Shown here: positions 8,750 through 18,260 of the stretch, piece by piece
Numbering within the stretch: the stretch's first letter is position 1
Layout of the letters: each line of letters starts with the position of its first letter
Source of the DNA: Alphaproteobacteria bacterium
GTDB lineage: Bacteria; Pseudomonadota; Alphaproteobacteria; JBFXJJ01
NCBI GenBank assembly: GCA_050175015.1
Contig: JBFXJJ010000003.1
Location: 96,001 to 160,000, forward strand
DNA: 64,000 nt
Direction: 5' to 3'
Notes under the pieces: generated by a model
Seen by the model: the letters and a program-made list of their open reading frames with translations, nothing else
The model's database searches: none
Told to the model about the DNA's origin: nothing
Translations under genes and position numbers: made by a program

Positions 8750-9760
8750 TTATATATCAGCAGATCTTCCCATAGAACTTTTCATCTTAATGATTTCAAA
8801 AGTACTTTCTAAGAATCCTGCATAAACGCTTCTATCATGTTTGTCTTTGCCTCCAGGAGAGAATGTACCATTGTTAGGAACATAGACTTTCCCTACGGGG
8901 ACTGGAAGCAAAATTCTCTTAGGTTTTGCGCCATTAAATTGTTTTGTAATTTGTAAATCTAAAAACTTATGAAGGTCAATATGAAAGGGGTGTGTTTTTA
9001 TTAAACACAGATTAGAAAAATCATTAGTTCCGAGATAGTCCAGAGGAATTTTCATATGAACATTAAAATTTTCTGGGGCCCTTCCCTTTTTTAATAATTT
9101 TAATCCTTCTTCATCAACACCAGCTTCAAGACACTCATCTTGATGGTGATAACCAACAAATTTTAGAAAGTCTCGTCTAGCACGTTTAAAAGCTTTTCTC
9201 ATATCGTTTTTCCACGCTGTTGATTGAACAACCATCGTAACCTCTTGTAATTCCATACCTGGAAGATTGAAATTTTCAAATTCCCATTCCCAAGTGTTAA
9301 GATCCTCGTTGGTTGTATTCATCGGCGCCATAACTTGCGGCATCATTGGTTGATGCTGCTGCATATACGTTTGCGGCGGTGGAGACATCAACCGTTGTTG
9401 CTGTTGCTGTACGCTTTGAGGAGGCATAGGCTGCCTTGTTTGCGGCATATGATAACCACCATTGTTAGGCGGCATTTGCTGCGGAGCTTGATTTCTATAA
9501 GCTTGTTGTGGTGGCATTTGTTGAGGCGGCATCATTGGAGCTTGCTGATAATTTTCCATATCATTCCATTGATTGCCACTATAATCAGGAACGCCATATC
9601 CAGGATATGGTGACTGATAGCCGTTATTAGGCTGAGAGTAACCGTTATTGGAATTATTATTGTAGCCAGAATATCTCGGGGGATAGGCAGGAGGAACTGC
9701 TGAAGGCGTTTTCTTGACCACCTTCTTGTATCCGCCTTTATTTCCAGTCCAATCCCACAT
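8750..9760 (-). CDS. Protein with P/Q/Y/N-rich low-complexity N-terminus and C-terminal HNH-type toxin-like domain (His-to-Met variant)
   Basis: NFNVHMKIPLDYLGTNDFSNLCLIKTHPFHIDLH aligns with the HHKLPIHGGGKN.F.N motifs at 34210-35666. Confidence 0.75.
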   Translation of the reverse strand: MWDWTGNKGGYKKVVKKTPSAVPPAYPPRYSGYNNNSNNGYSQPNNGYQSPYPGYGVPDYSGNQWNDMENYQQAPMMPPQQMPPQQAYRNQAPQQMPPNNGGYHMPQTRQPMPPQSVQQQQQRLMSPPPQTYMQQHQPMMPQVMAPMNTTNEDLNTWEWEFENFNLPGMELQEVTMVVQSTAWKNDMRKAFKRARRDFLKFVGYHHQDECLEAGVDEEGLKLLKKGRAPENFNVHMKIPLDYLGTNDFSNLCLIKTHPFHIDLHKFLDLQITKQFNGAKPKRILLPVPVGKVYVPNNGTFSPGGKDKHDRSVYAGFLESTFEIIKMKSSMGRSADI

Positions 9761-9909
9761 CTTTTTTAACCCGTAAAATTACAAACCTTGTTTCTTACTA
9801 TAGCAAAAAAACATACATAAGTTAATTATCAAAAAACCTGATACGCCAATTTATATTATGAATGAAAAATATTTAATGTGATATTAACAAAATATTACAA
9901 ATCTAAAAA

Positions 9910-12156
9910 TTAGCCAGCAACAGCGTTATCTTCTTCAAATTCTTCATATTCTTCCCAACTATCATCTCCAGCTTCTTCATCTTGGATATATTCTTCTAAT
10001 TCTTCGTCATCGTCAGCTACTAAATTGGCTAGGATATCATTGTTGTTGTCTTCTCTTTGAGCCACAATCCAATCAGGAACGAAGGGGGCAGGAGGCAAAT
10101 TTGACATTGCCAGCATTTTTTTATCAAGATAATAACGAGGAGCATCGGCCATAACAGGACGATTAATAAAACCTTGCATAATAATAACTTGTTTCAATGC
10201 TGGTAAGCTGAGCAAGGTAGAGGCACCCACAACAGATGTTCCCTGAAGTGAGCGGTTAACGTTTTTGGAGAAAGGATTACTTTGTTGCGAGAGACCTTCT
10301 TGTCGACTCCAAGATTCGATTTCTACGGTTTTGGTTCCGATCATTTTTTCGAAACGCTGGGCGGTTTGTTCATTGTTTTGAGGGAGAATAATTTTAGCTG
10401 CGGTGGTGGAAATAATAGTTTCAAGGTCATCTTTACCATATTGACCCGAGATTTGTCCCAAATCTTGTCCAATAAGAAGATATGAAACTTTTTGACCACG
10501 ACCAACCGCTGGTCCGTCTTTAACCGCACCTAATTTAGGCATTTGAGGAAACTCGTCGAGTACGAATAATGTTGGGCAAGGTCCCATTCTACCTTCGGTT
10601 TTATTAACGAAGTTAGGCGGGTTAGCAATTAAGTAGCCTGACATCAATTCAACGAATGTCCCAGTAATAATGTTAAGAGCTCTGGCATCAACTTGGTTAA
10701 CTGACATATAAACTGAAATAGGTTTCCATTCCCCAGTTATAGGGTCTCTCATACCTCTAAGGTCTCTAAAAGTAAAATCTGAGAATTTTGTCCTCGATCT
10801 AACAGCAGAGTTTTTGAAAATACCAATACCAGTAAGAGCAGTTGATAAAATAGAACCACGTTCTTTATCTGGAGTACCTGATAATTGGTTAAGTTCAACC
10901 ACAGCACGGTGGGCATAGCCATATTTACGGCACTCATTAACGGCATCATCAAGCAAATCACGCATAGGATCAGCCAAAGCTGCCATTTGATCGCCTTCTT
11001 CAGTTCTTTTTTTTATGTCTGCTGCTTGAGCCATCTGAGCTTCAGTTAACCAATCCAAAATCATAGCAATACTTGGTTCTGCACCGACCCATTCTTCAGG
11101 AAGAAGTTCCCAAGTTCCGATTGGAACATAGCTTTCAAGAGTTAAACTATCTTGTCTTAAAAGGTTAAGAGCATTTGCAGCGTCAAGATCTTGCATATCC
11201 ATATAATAACCTTCAAGCACAGCTTTATCTTCGTGATCAAAGGATTTTTCATAAAATCGAGCGATGAAATAGTCGTTAGCTCTAGCACGCTCGCATTTGT
11301 TAGTAATGTAATGGATAAATCCTGTTAAGGCGTTACGACCTGTTTTTGCCCAGTGAGGGTCAGCTCCGCCTTTTGGCTCTTCAACCAAAACGCTAACCAT
11401 CATATCGACATACATATCACGGGCTGGTCCCATTGATGGCATAGCTGATGGTGAAAGAGCGTTCCAACTTGGATAGTATACACCGTTATCCGGGTCATCT
11501 TCGGCACCCCAGTTAACAATGAATACAGGACCTTCTTTAATGCGTTGACCGCTTGTTTTAAAACAAAGTTCAGGTTTAGGGTCATTAATGATTAGACTTA
11601 TGCCTTTAGAGTTAAAAATTGTTGGAACAACAACTCCAACAGTTTTACCTGTTCCTGGAGGCGCGCAGACTAGAACAGACAAAGTTTCTGGAAGCATTAA
11701 CATACGACCACGCCATTTGCCAAGAACGACAATAAAGCCGTCAAAAAGCCCCATCTTTTTAATATCGTTAAATTCGGCTAAACGACCGTCGCCGTGAATG
11801 GTTGACATAAAGCCATAAGGATTCATAATCAAACCGCCCATAACCAGCATAAAGAATGAGAAAAAAGGCATACTAGGCAGAAGACTTACTGTTGTTAAAA
11901 CCTGCTTTGTTGTAAAAACAAACTTAATCCATTCAAAGTATTTTGACATTAGATATGATGGTTTGAAGGTCACAATTTTAATAAACTTAAGACCAGCACT
12001 AACAGTATCTTTAGAAAAACCATTTTCTATCATATAGGTGACAGGAAAGATAATCATCATAAAGATAAAAGTTGCAACCATAGAAAGTAAAATGGTCATA
12101 AACACCCATTTTATCGCATTATCTCTTTCTTTCCATTCACCGCCTCTGCGAGCCAT
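9910..12156 (-). CDS. virD4: VirD4/TraG-family type IV secretion coupling protein
   Basis: N-terminal TMs, HGDGRLA motif, Walker A APPGTGKT.GVVVP, INDPKPEL, Walker B FVLDEFPQM, GRG...LIGQDLGQI..QYG; acidic C-tail. Confidence 0.88.
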   Translation of the reverse strand: MARRGGEWKERDNAIKWVFMTILLSMVATFIFMMIIFPVTYMIENGFSKDTVSAGLKFIKIVTFKPSYLMSKYFEWIKFVFTTKQVLTTVSLLPSMPFFSFFMLVMGGLIMNPYGFMSTIHGDGRLAEFNDIKKMGLFDGFIVVLGKWRGRMLMLPETLSVLVCAPPGTGKTVGVVVPTIFNSKGISLIINDPKPELCFKTSGQRIKEGPVFIVNWGAEDDPDNGVYYPSWNALSPSAMPSMGPARDMYVDMMVSVLVEEPKGGADPHWAKTGRNALTGFIHYITNKCERARANDYFIARFYEKSFDHEDKAVLEGYYMDMQDLDAANALNLLRQDSLTLESYVPIGTWELLPEEWVGAEPSIAMILDWLTEAQMAQAADIKKRTEEGDQMAALADPMRDLLDDAVNECRKYGYAHRAVVELNQLSGTPDKERGSILSTALTGIGIFKNSAVRSRTKFSDFTFRDLRGMRDPITGEWKPISVYMSVNQVDARALNIITGTFVELMSGYLIANPPNFVNKTEGRMGPCPTLFVLDEFPQMPKLGAVKDGPAVGRGQKVSYLLIGQDLGQISGQYGKDDLETIISTTAAKIILPQNNEQTAQRFEKMIGTKTVEIESWSRQEGLSQQSNPFSKNVNRSLQGTSVVGASTLLSLPALKQVIIMQGFINRPVMADAPRYYLDKKMLAMSNLPPAPFVPDWIVAQREDNNNDILANLVADDDEELEEYIQDEEAGDDSWEEYEEFEEDNAVAG

Positions 12157-12307
12157 AGTGATTTCCTCTGTTTTGCTTTTAAAAGGAAGTATTAACTTAT
12201 AATAAAATCAATAAATTTTCTAGCTTTTTTAAAATGTTTAAGCGTTTTTTGTTTATTTTGGAATCATAAATTTTTTTAAAGGTTATTAATGAAGATGTAA
12301 GCAGGGG

Positions 12308-13390
12308 TTAAGAATCAATGATTTTCTTAATTTTTGCAATGGTTTCACTGCTTGCTTTTTCGCCATTGTTGCGCGGGAGAACATCTTCTAAAATCTTAAT
12401 TTCATCAGGGCCGCCACTGCCTACTCGGCCGACGCCAACACTTAGTTCAGCCCAAATTTCGAACATATCTTCGGCATTTATGATAGTTCCATTGCTTAAA
12501 ATTACAATGGTTGCAACTTCAAAGGACTCGCCTTGGGCAGAAATTTTTTCAATTAAGCTTTCTTTCGCATCAATAACTTTTCTAACAGGCGATACTCTGT
12601 GGCTGTTTTCAGAGAACCACAAAGGATCTTCATCATTAAATCGTTCTTCATCAGCGAGCCAATCGCCATCTTCAGCGTCAACATAGCACAATACAATCTG
12701 TTCTTCTGCCATAGCAAGGTAAGCAATGTCATTGTTGCCGATTTTAACATCGCTAATAATTTCGTAGTTAGCGGTTTTAATAATATCTTCAATCGCATCA
12801 GCAGAAGATGCTTTTTTGGAAGCCACAGGTTTAGAGACAGGAGCTGCCTGCACTGGAGCTGGAGTGCTTCTAGGTGTCTCTTTGGGTTCCGCAGCAATAG
12901 ATGGCTTAGCAGATATTATTTCTGGTATTGGCTGGGTTTGTTGAGGTTTGTTTTCCGCGGCTACAGGCTCTGGAGCTTCAGGTTTCTTGACTTTAGTTCT
13001 GACTGCGGGGGGTCTTGTTTTTTTATAAGAGAGTTTTTTCTTAAGAGCAGGCTTTTTTTCTGACGGCTTATTAATAGAATTTTTGGCATAAAGCAAAGGA
13101 ACAACAAAAATCGAGAAGAAAACGTTTCTCCAAGGAATTAAGCAAGATGCTGTCCAGCCTGTAAGCCATATAGGGACAATGGCAAATATGGTAATGAAAA
13201 ACATCATTTCGCTGGTTTCATCGACAACCCAGCCTTTGAGCCATAGGCTATAAATATAAGACCAGTGGTCTGGACGCAAAGGATTGAAATTCCAATAAAA
13301 AACCATAACTTCGCGCAATCCGTTAAAGAAAACGAAGCTCCAAAGAAATCCGATAATGATTGTTCGGGTTGTGGTTATTAGTGAACTCAA
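12308..13390 (-). CDS. Membrane-anchored protein with degenerate NERD-like C-terminal domain (paralog 1)
   Basis: TTG start with GGAG RBS; two TMs around WNFNPL..W...W.KGW; Pro/Ala/Lys linker; WLADEERFNDEDPLWFSE...SP domain. Confidence 0.7.
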   Translation of the reverse strand: MSSLITTTRTIIIGFLWSFVFFNGLREVMVFYWNFNPLRPDHWSYIYSLWLKGWVVDETSEMMFFITIFAIVPIWLTGWTASCLIPWRNVFFSIFVVPLLYAKNSINKPSEKKPALKKKLSYKKTRPPAVRTKVKKPEAPEPVAAENKPQQTQPIPEIISAKPSIAAEPKETPRSTPAPVQAAPVSKPVASKKASSADAIEDIIKTANYEIISDVKIGNNDIAYLAMAEEQIVLCYVDAEDGDWLADEERFNDEDPLWFSENSHRVSPVRKVIDAKESLIEKISAQGESFEVATIVILSNGTIINAEDMFEIWAELSVGVGRVGSGGPDEIKILEDVLPRNNGEKASSETIAKIKKIIDS

Positions 13391-13499
13391 AGCTGTACTC
13401 CAGCGGTCTTTTATCTTCTAGGATATAACAAACTTTTAAAATATAACTCAAAAAAGGTAAAAAAAAAATAAATTTTAAGAAGTTAAACTAATCTAGATA

Positions 13500-14612
13500 T
13501 TATTCATCTGGAGCGGCAGAAACAATGGCTAGAGAAATTAAATCTAAAATACCTTCGGCGATTTTGGGAGATGATGAAATATCAGTAATAATATTATCAA
13601 TATTATTAATTCCTCCGGAAAAACCTGTTGCGAAACTTCCAACATTAACCCCTAATTTTTGCCATATTTCTATCATATTTTCGCTGTTTAATATTGAGCC
13701 GTAACCTAAAGCCACAACAGCTTCAATATTGATGGGGTAATCTTCAGGTATAAGATTTGCTAAAATAGGGGTTAAAGACTCTTTTGCCTGCAATACGCCA
13801 AATGATGGTGACGGGCTAAAATTTTCTTCAGAAAACCAAATAGGCGGTTCATTATTAAAGCTATCTTCATCTGCAATCCATTCTTTTCCTTTTGGAGTTA
13901 AGCAGATTAAATAGATGCTTTGTGGTGATATTAAAACCAAATCAACAATATGATTTCCTATAGGCATTGATGAAAAAGCGATGTATCCACAACTGACAGC
14001 ATAATCGTGAAGGATTGCTGCTAAATCGTCCCAATCTGGTTCAGGAATAGCTTCTTCCTCAAGGTTAAATTCTTCATCAATATTCATTTCTGGAACAAGC
14101 GGTTCAACATGAGAAGAAGGAAGCAAAGAACTTTCCTCTTCAATCATTACAGCTGAATCCATAGGCTGCTGCGGTGCTGATGATACCGATGGTTTTCTTA
14201 GATTACTCACTGCAGCAGGAAGTGGTTCAGCGGAGGCTTTATTCTTTTTAGAAATAAGCGCAGGAGGTCTTTTAGGTCCATTGGTTTTTATTGGAGCAAT
14301 ATAAACATCAGTTTTTTCTTTTTTAACAAACAGACTGCTTTTTTTTATGCGTTTGTTAATCATATAACAAAAGACAACACCCAAAAGCCACAAAGGTATA
14401 ATTAGAAATAGTGATACAGCGAATAAAATATCGTTAGTTTCTTTTATTATCCAGCCAGACTGCCATTTTTGCGATAATTCTGCCCAGTCACTTGAGTTTA
14501 GGGGATTAAAATCCCATAAATTTATAGCGATAACTTTATAACCTTGAAGATAGAGAAAACTCCAAATCCCGATAAGCAAAATAAATAATAAAAGGCCTAA
14601 AATCTTTTTCAT
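13500..14612 (-). CDS. Membrane-anchored protein with degenerate NERD-like C-terminal domain (paralog 2)
   Basis: Same architecture: WDFNPL..W...WQSGW, IVDLVLISPQSIYLI, WIADEDSFNNEPPIWFSE...SP, GSILNSENMIEIW. Confidence 0.7.
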   Translation of the reverse strand: MKKILGLLLFILLIGIWSFLYLQGYKVIAINLWDFNPLNSSDWAELSQKWQSGWIIKETNDILFAVSLFLIIPLWLLGVVFCYMINKRIKKSSLFVKKEKTDVYIAPIKTNGPKRPPALISKKNKASAEPLPAAVSNLRKPSVSSAPQQPMDSAVMIEEESSLLPSSHVEPLVPEMNIDEEFNLEEEAIPEPDWDDLAAILHDYAVSCGYIAFSSMPIGNHIVDLVLISPQSIYLICLTPKGKEWIADEDSFNNEPPIWFSEENFSPSPSFGVLQAKESLTPILANLIPEDYPINIEAVVALGYGSILNSENMIEIWQKLGVNVGSFATGFSGGINNIDNIITDISSSPKIAEGILDLISLAIVSAAPDE

Positions 14613-14704
14613 CTGTTACTTCCAAAAACGGTAGATGACCACATTAATATATTAACAAATAAAACATTTTATCATTCTAGTAAACTATTGTGAAATAATA
14701 TCTT

Positions 14705-15748
14705 TTAAAAACAACGTTTGTTTTTGCCTTTGTTGCAGGGATACTTATCACAACGGTAACATATTTCATTTGGTAGTTCTTCATTTTCAAAGAAAAATTT
14801 AATATTATCAAGTGTTGTTTTTGCAATTTCATAAATAGCTTCTTTGGTGAAAAAAGCCTGATGAGCAGTAACTATAGCATTTCCAAAGCTTAGAAGACGT
14901 GCGAGTTTATCATCATCTAAGACGTCATTAGAGAAATCAGAAAAGAAATAGTCACTTTCTTCTTCGTAAACATCAAGTCCTGCGGCACCAATTTTTCTTG
15001 ATTTTAACCCTTCGATTAAGGCATTAGTATCAATCAATTTGCCTCGTCCAGTGTTTATAATCATAACCCCATTTTTCATTTTTGATATGGTGTCACTATT
15101 AATAAGATGGGTTGTTTCTTTGGTTAAGGGGCAGTTTAGTGAGATAATATCTGATTTAGCGTAGATTTCATCTAAAGAAACATATTCATAACCCATTTTT
15201 TGTGCTGATTCTGTATCTGGAAAGGCATCACTGGCTAGAACATTCATACCAAAACCTTTTAGGATTCCAATTAAAGTTTTGCCGATTTTACCCGTTCCAA
15301 TTACTCCAGCCGTTTTTTGATGCATATCAAATCCCATCAAGCCAAATAATGTAAAGTTGCTTTCTCTGGTTTTGTTAAAAGCTTTATGAATTTTGCGGTT
15401 TAGAGCGAGCATTAAAGCAACGGCGTGTTCTGCCACGGCATAAGGAGAATAGGCAGGAACACGAACGACATGAATTTTATTGTAAGCCGCTTTGAAATCA
15501 ACATTGTTATATCCTGCACAACGCAAGGCAACAATTTTTACCCCACGATTGGCTAAGCCATCAATAACCTCAGAAGACAAAGTATCGTTTACAAAGGCAC
15601 AGACAACATCAGCACCATCTACTAATGATATGGTTTCTGGTCTTAGTTTGTTTTCAAAAAAAGCAAATTCAAAATTGTAATCTTTGTTAAGTTCAAGAAA
15701 ACTTTCTTTATCATAAGGCTTAGTATCGAAGAAGGCAATTTTAGTCAT
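14705..15748 (-). CDS. ldhA: D-lactate dehydrogenase (D-2-hydroxyacid dehydrogenase)
   Basis: LRCAGYNNVD, RVPAYSPYAVAEH, GVIGTGKIG, INTGRG, LDVYEEE, TAHQAFFT. Confidence 0.9.
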   Translation of the reverse strand: MTKIAFFDTKPYDKESFLELNKDYNFEFAFFENKLRPETISLVDGADVVCAFVNDTLSSEVIDGLANRGVKIVALRCAGYNNVDFKAAYNKIHVVRVPAYSPYAVAEHAVALMLALNRKIHKAFNKTRESNFTLFGLMGFDMHQKTAGVIGTGKIGKTLIGILKGFGMNVLASDAFPDTESAQKMGYEYVSLDEIYAKSDIISLNCPLTKETTHLINSDTISKMKNGVMIINTGRGKLIDTNALIEGLKSRKIGAAGLDVYEEESDYFFSDFSNDVLDDDKLARLLSFGNAIVTAHQAFFTKEAIYEIAKTTLDNIKFFFENEELPNEICYRCDKYPCNKGKNKRCF

Positions 15749-16039
15749 TTTTCTTATCCCTTTTAAAAATCGACGGTGATACCTAAGTACATAATTATAA
15801 ATAATTATACTTTATAGATGTTGCGGCATTGACCAAAATCAAGAGGTTAAAACAAAAAACTTTTATTTTTTATAAGATAAAGCAAATTTAAAATGATTTT
15901 TTTTACTATAACAAAAAAATCATTGTATTCTTAATATGTTGAAAAGTTTATCCCTGATAAGATTTAATATCTATTTGAACTATATTGATAGTTTTGTATT
16001 ATATTAAGATAATCTTTAAATTAGGCTTTTATTGAAAGT

Positions 16040-18154
16040 TTGAATATGCGTATTTTTTTAAAAATTTCTTTGTTGTTTTTTGTTTGTTTTGCAGTCGTAA
16101 GATTAGCAGAAGCGAGTGAGTTTGTTTCAAAAAATGAGGAAAAATGCGCATCTTTACACCCAAGAATTAAAATTGAAAACCAGTTTTGGTATAATGATGA
16201 AGCTGTTTTGGCAGGGCGGGCGGCTTGTTATGATTTGGGACTTGCCTATTATAGCGGTACTGATGGTGTTGTGGCAAATAAAGAAAAAGCAGCTGCGTTT
16301 TTTATGAGAGCCTCAGAATACGAAAATTATGATGCTCAATATATGTTTGGACTTATGCTTTTTGATGGTGATGGCGGCTTGGCTAAAGATATTCCTAAAG
16401 CGATTGAGATTATCCGTAATGCTGGAGAAAAAGGAAGTGTTCTTGCTCAAAGTAAACTGGCACAGCTTTTTTCTGATGATAAATTTTATCTTAAAAATGA
16501 TAAAGACGCCCTTTATTGGTACTTAAAAGCGGCTCAAAGCGGTAATCTTCTGGCTCAATATGAGGTTGGGAATAGATATGAGCTTGGTATTGGTGTGGAT
16601 AAAGATTTAAAAACAGCGGTTAAGTGGTTTGGTGAAGCTGCTCAAAAAGGTTCTCCTGAAGCTCAATATCGTTTAGGTATGATGTTTTTTATGGGAGATC
16701 CCTTGCCTCAGGATCTAAAAATGGCATTTAATTTGATTAAGGCGTCTGCTGATAAAGGGTATGTATATGCTCAATACTTTTTGGGATATATGTATGAAAA
16801 AGGTTCAGGAGTAATTGAAGACAAAGACAAAGCCTTGGAATGGTATAAAAAAGCGGCGGCAGGAGATTTTGACAGAGCATATATCCGTCTTGCCGAATTG
16901 GAGCTCACAGAATATCAAATGATGCTTTCAAAAGCTTATCTATTAGGTGAAAAAGGTTTTAAAAAAGATGCTGCCAAATCAGCATATTGGTTAGAAAAAG
17001 CGGCTAAAAATGGTGATGCAGATGCTCAGTTTCAACTGGGGCACTTCTACTTGGAGGGTTTCGGTGTAGAAAAATCGGAAGAAAACGCAGCAATTTGGTT
17101 TAAAGCTGCTTCTTTAAACGGTTATGAAGGTGCGGAAGATATACTTAATGATATCCTTGTAAAGAAAGACGACGCAAATTTTTATAATGAAAATGAACAG
17201 CTTTTCGAGATGGCAGGAAGAGGCGGAGACGAAGCGCAGTTTCAGCTGGCGGTTAAATATGAAGAAAAATTTGATGCCAAAACAGAAAAGAGTCTAGATG
17301 ATAGAGATATTAAAGAGGCTTTGAGGTGGTATAAAAAATCAGCCGAGCAAAATAATCTTGATGCGATTTTTCGTTTAGGCAAGGCCTATTTCTCAGGTGA
17401 CATTATTGAAAAAGATGAGAAAAAGGGTTTGGATATGCTTAAAAAAGCTGGAGAAAAGGGAAATTATGAAGCCCAAAAAATGCTGGCTAAAGTTTTTGAA
17501 AAGCGTATAGGTTCAGGTTCAGAAAAATCGTATAGTTATTATGTTTTAAAAGACCCATCTTACTGGGATGCTCTTTATTGGTATGAAAAAACCGCAGAGT
17601 CAAAAAAGCCAGAAGATTTTTATCGTTTAGGTATATTTTATTTTAATCATCTTCCGGAAAAGAAAGGTTATGAAGAAAATCTTTATAATGCTTGGTATTG
17701 GTTAGAAAAAGCAAAGCAGGAAGGCGTGGAAAATGCTAGAGATCCAATTAAAAACATCAGCCGCAGAATAGGTAGAAACTATAGAATTAAAGAAAATAAG
17801 ATGATTGAAACCTTTATTGATAAGTTGATTAAGGATTCTGACCCAGATTTAGAAACGGCAGAAAAACTCGGCTTAAGACGTTATTCTCGTGAAGAAATGG
17901 CGCTTAGTGATTTGTTCTATGCTTACGGTGTTAATTTAAAGTGCGGTTATGATAAATCGGTAACAATCGGTAGAGGTTTTGCTTTGTATAAAAATGAAGT
18001 TGATGCGATGATTTCAAAATTAGTAATAAAAACAGGCAAAACTAAGATTGAGCATATTAAAAATGAGGCGGAAGAATTTGCTAGCGGTGTTATCTGCGAT
18101 ACCAAGGAAGCATACAAAGCAAAAAGCGTGCTCTTGAAGTTTAGCGATTTATAA
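16040..18154 (+). CDS. Secreted Sel1-like repeat protein (start may be ATG 16046)
   Basis: Signal peptide; about a dozen SLR repeats (AQYxLGxMY..G.GV..D...A..WY.KAA..G). Confidence 0.9.
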   Translation: MNMRIFLKISLLFFVCFAVVRLAEASEFVSKNEEKCASLHPRIKIENQFWYNDEAVLAGRAACYDLGLAYYSGTDGVVANKEKAAAFFMRASEYENYDAQYMFGLMLFDGDGGLAKDIPKAIEIIRNAGEKGSVLAQSKLAQLFSDDKFYLKNDKDALYWYLKAAQSGNLLAQYEVGNRYELGIGVDKDLKTAVKWFGEAAQKGSPEAQYRLGMMFFMGDPLPQDLKMAFNLIKASADKGYVYAQYFLGYMYEKGSGVIEDKDKALEWYKKAAAGDFDRAYIRLAELELTEYQMMLSKAYLLGEKGFKKDAAKSAYWLEKAAKNGDADAQFQLGHFYLEGFGVEKSEENAAIWFKAASLNGYEGAEDILNDILVKKDDANFYNENEQLFEMAGRGGDEAQFQLAVKYEEKFDAKTEKSLDDRDIKEALRWYKKSAEQNNLDAIFRLGKAYFSGDIIEKDEKKGLDMLKKAGEKGNYEAQKMLAKVFEKRIGSGSEKSYSYYVLKDPSYWDALYWYEKTAESKKPEDFYRLGIFYFNHLPEKKGYEENLYNAWYWLEKAKQEGVENARDPIKNISRRIGRNYRIKENKMIETFIDKLIKDSDPDLETAEKLGLRRYSREEMALSDLFYAYGVNLKCGYDKSVTIGRGFALYKNEVDAMISKLVIKTGKTKIEHIKNEAEEFASGVICDTKEAYKAKSVLLKFSDL

Positions 18155-18260
18155 TAAAGCAGCTGCGATTAAATCTTTACAGAAAATTTATTCTTAAAGG
18201 ATTGCGGTGTTTTATTTTTTCGCAAATTAATTTTTATATGAAGCTTAAGTTAAGCTGTTT

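Noticed and set aside
9873-9888. CtrA-like box TTAA-N7-TTAAC upstream of the HNH-like gene (a TTAA-N7-TTAA also lies near 43361)
   Set aside because: An AT-only motif like this is expected by chance in such AT-rich DNA; not supportable without conservation data
7266-14612. Integrative conjugative element or integrated plasmid around virD4
   Set aside because: No integrase, relaxase, virB genes or flanking direct repeats recognised; neighbours are ordinary metabolic genes
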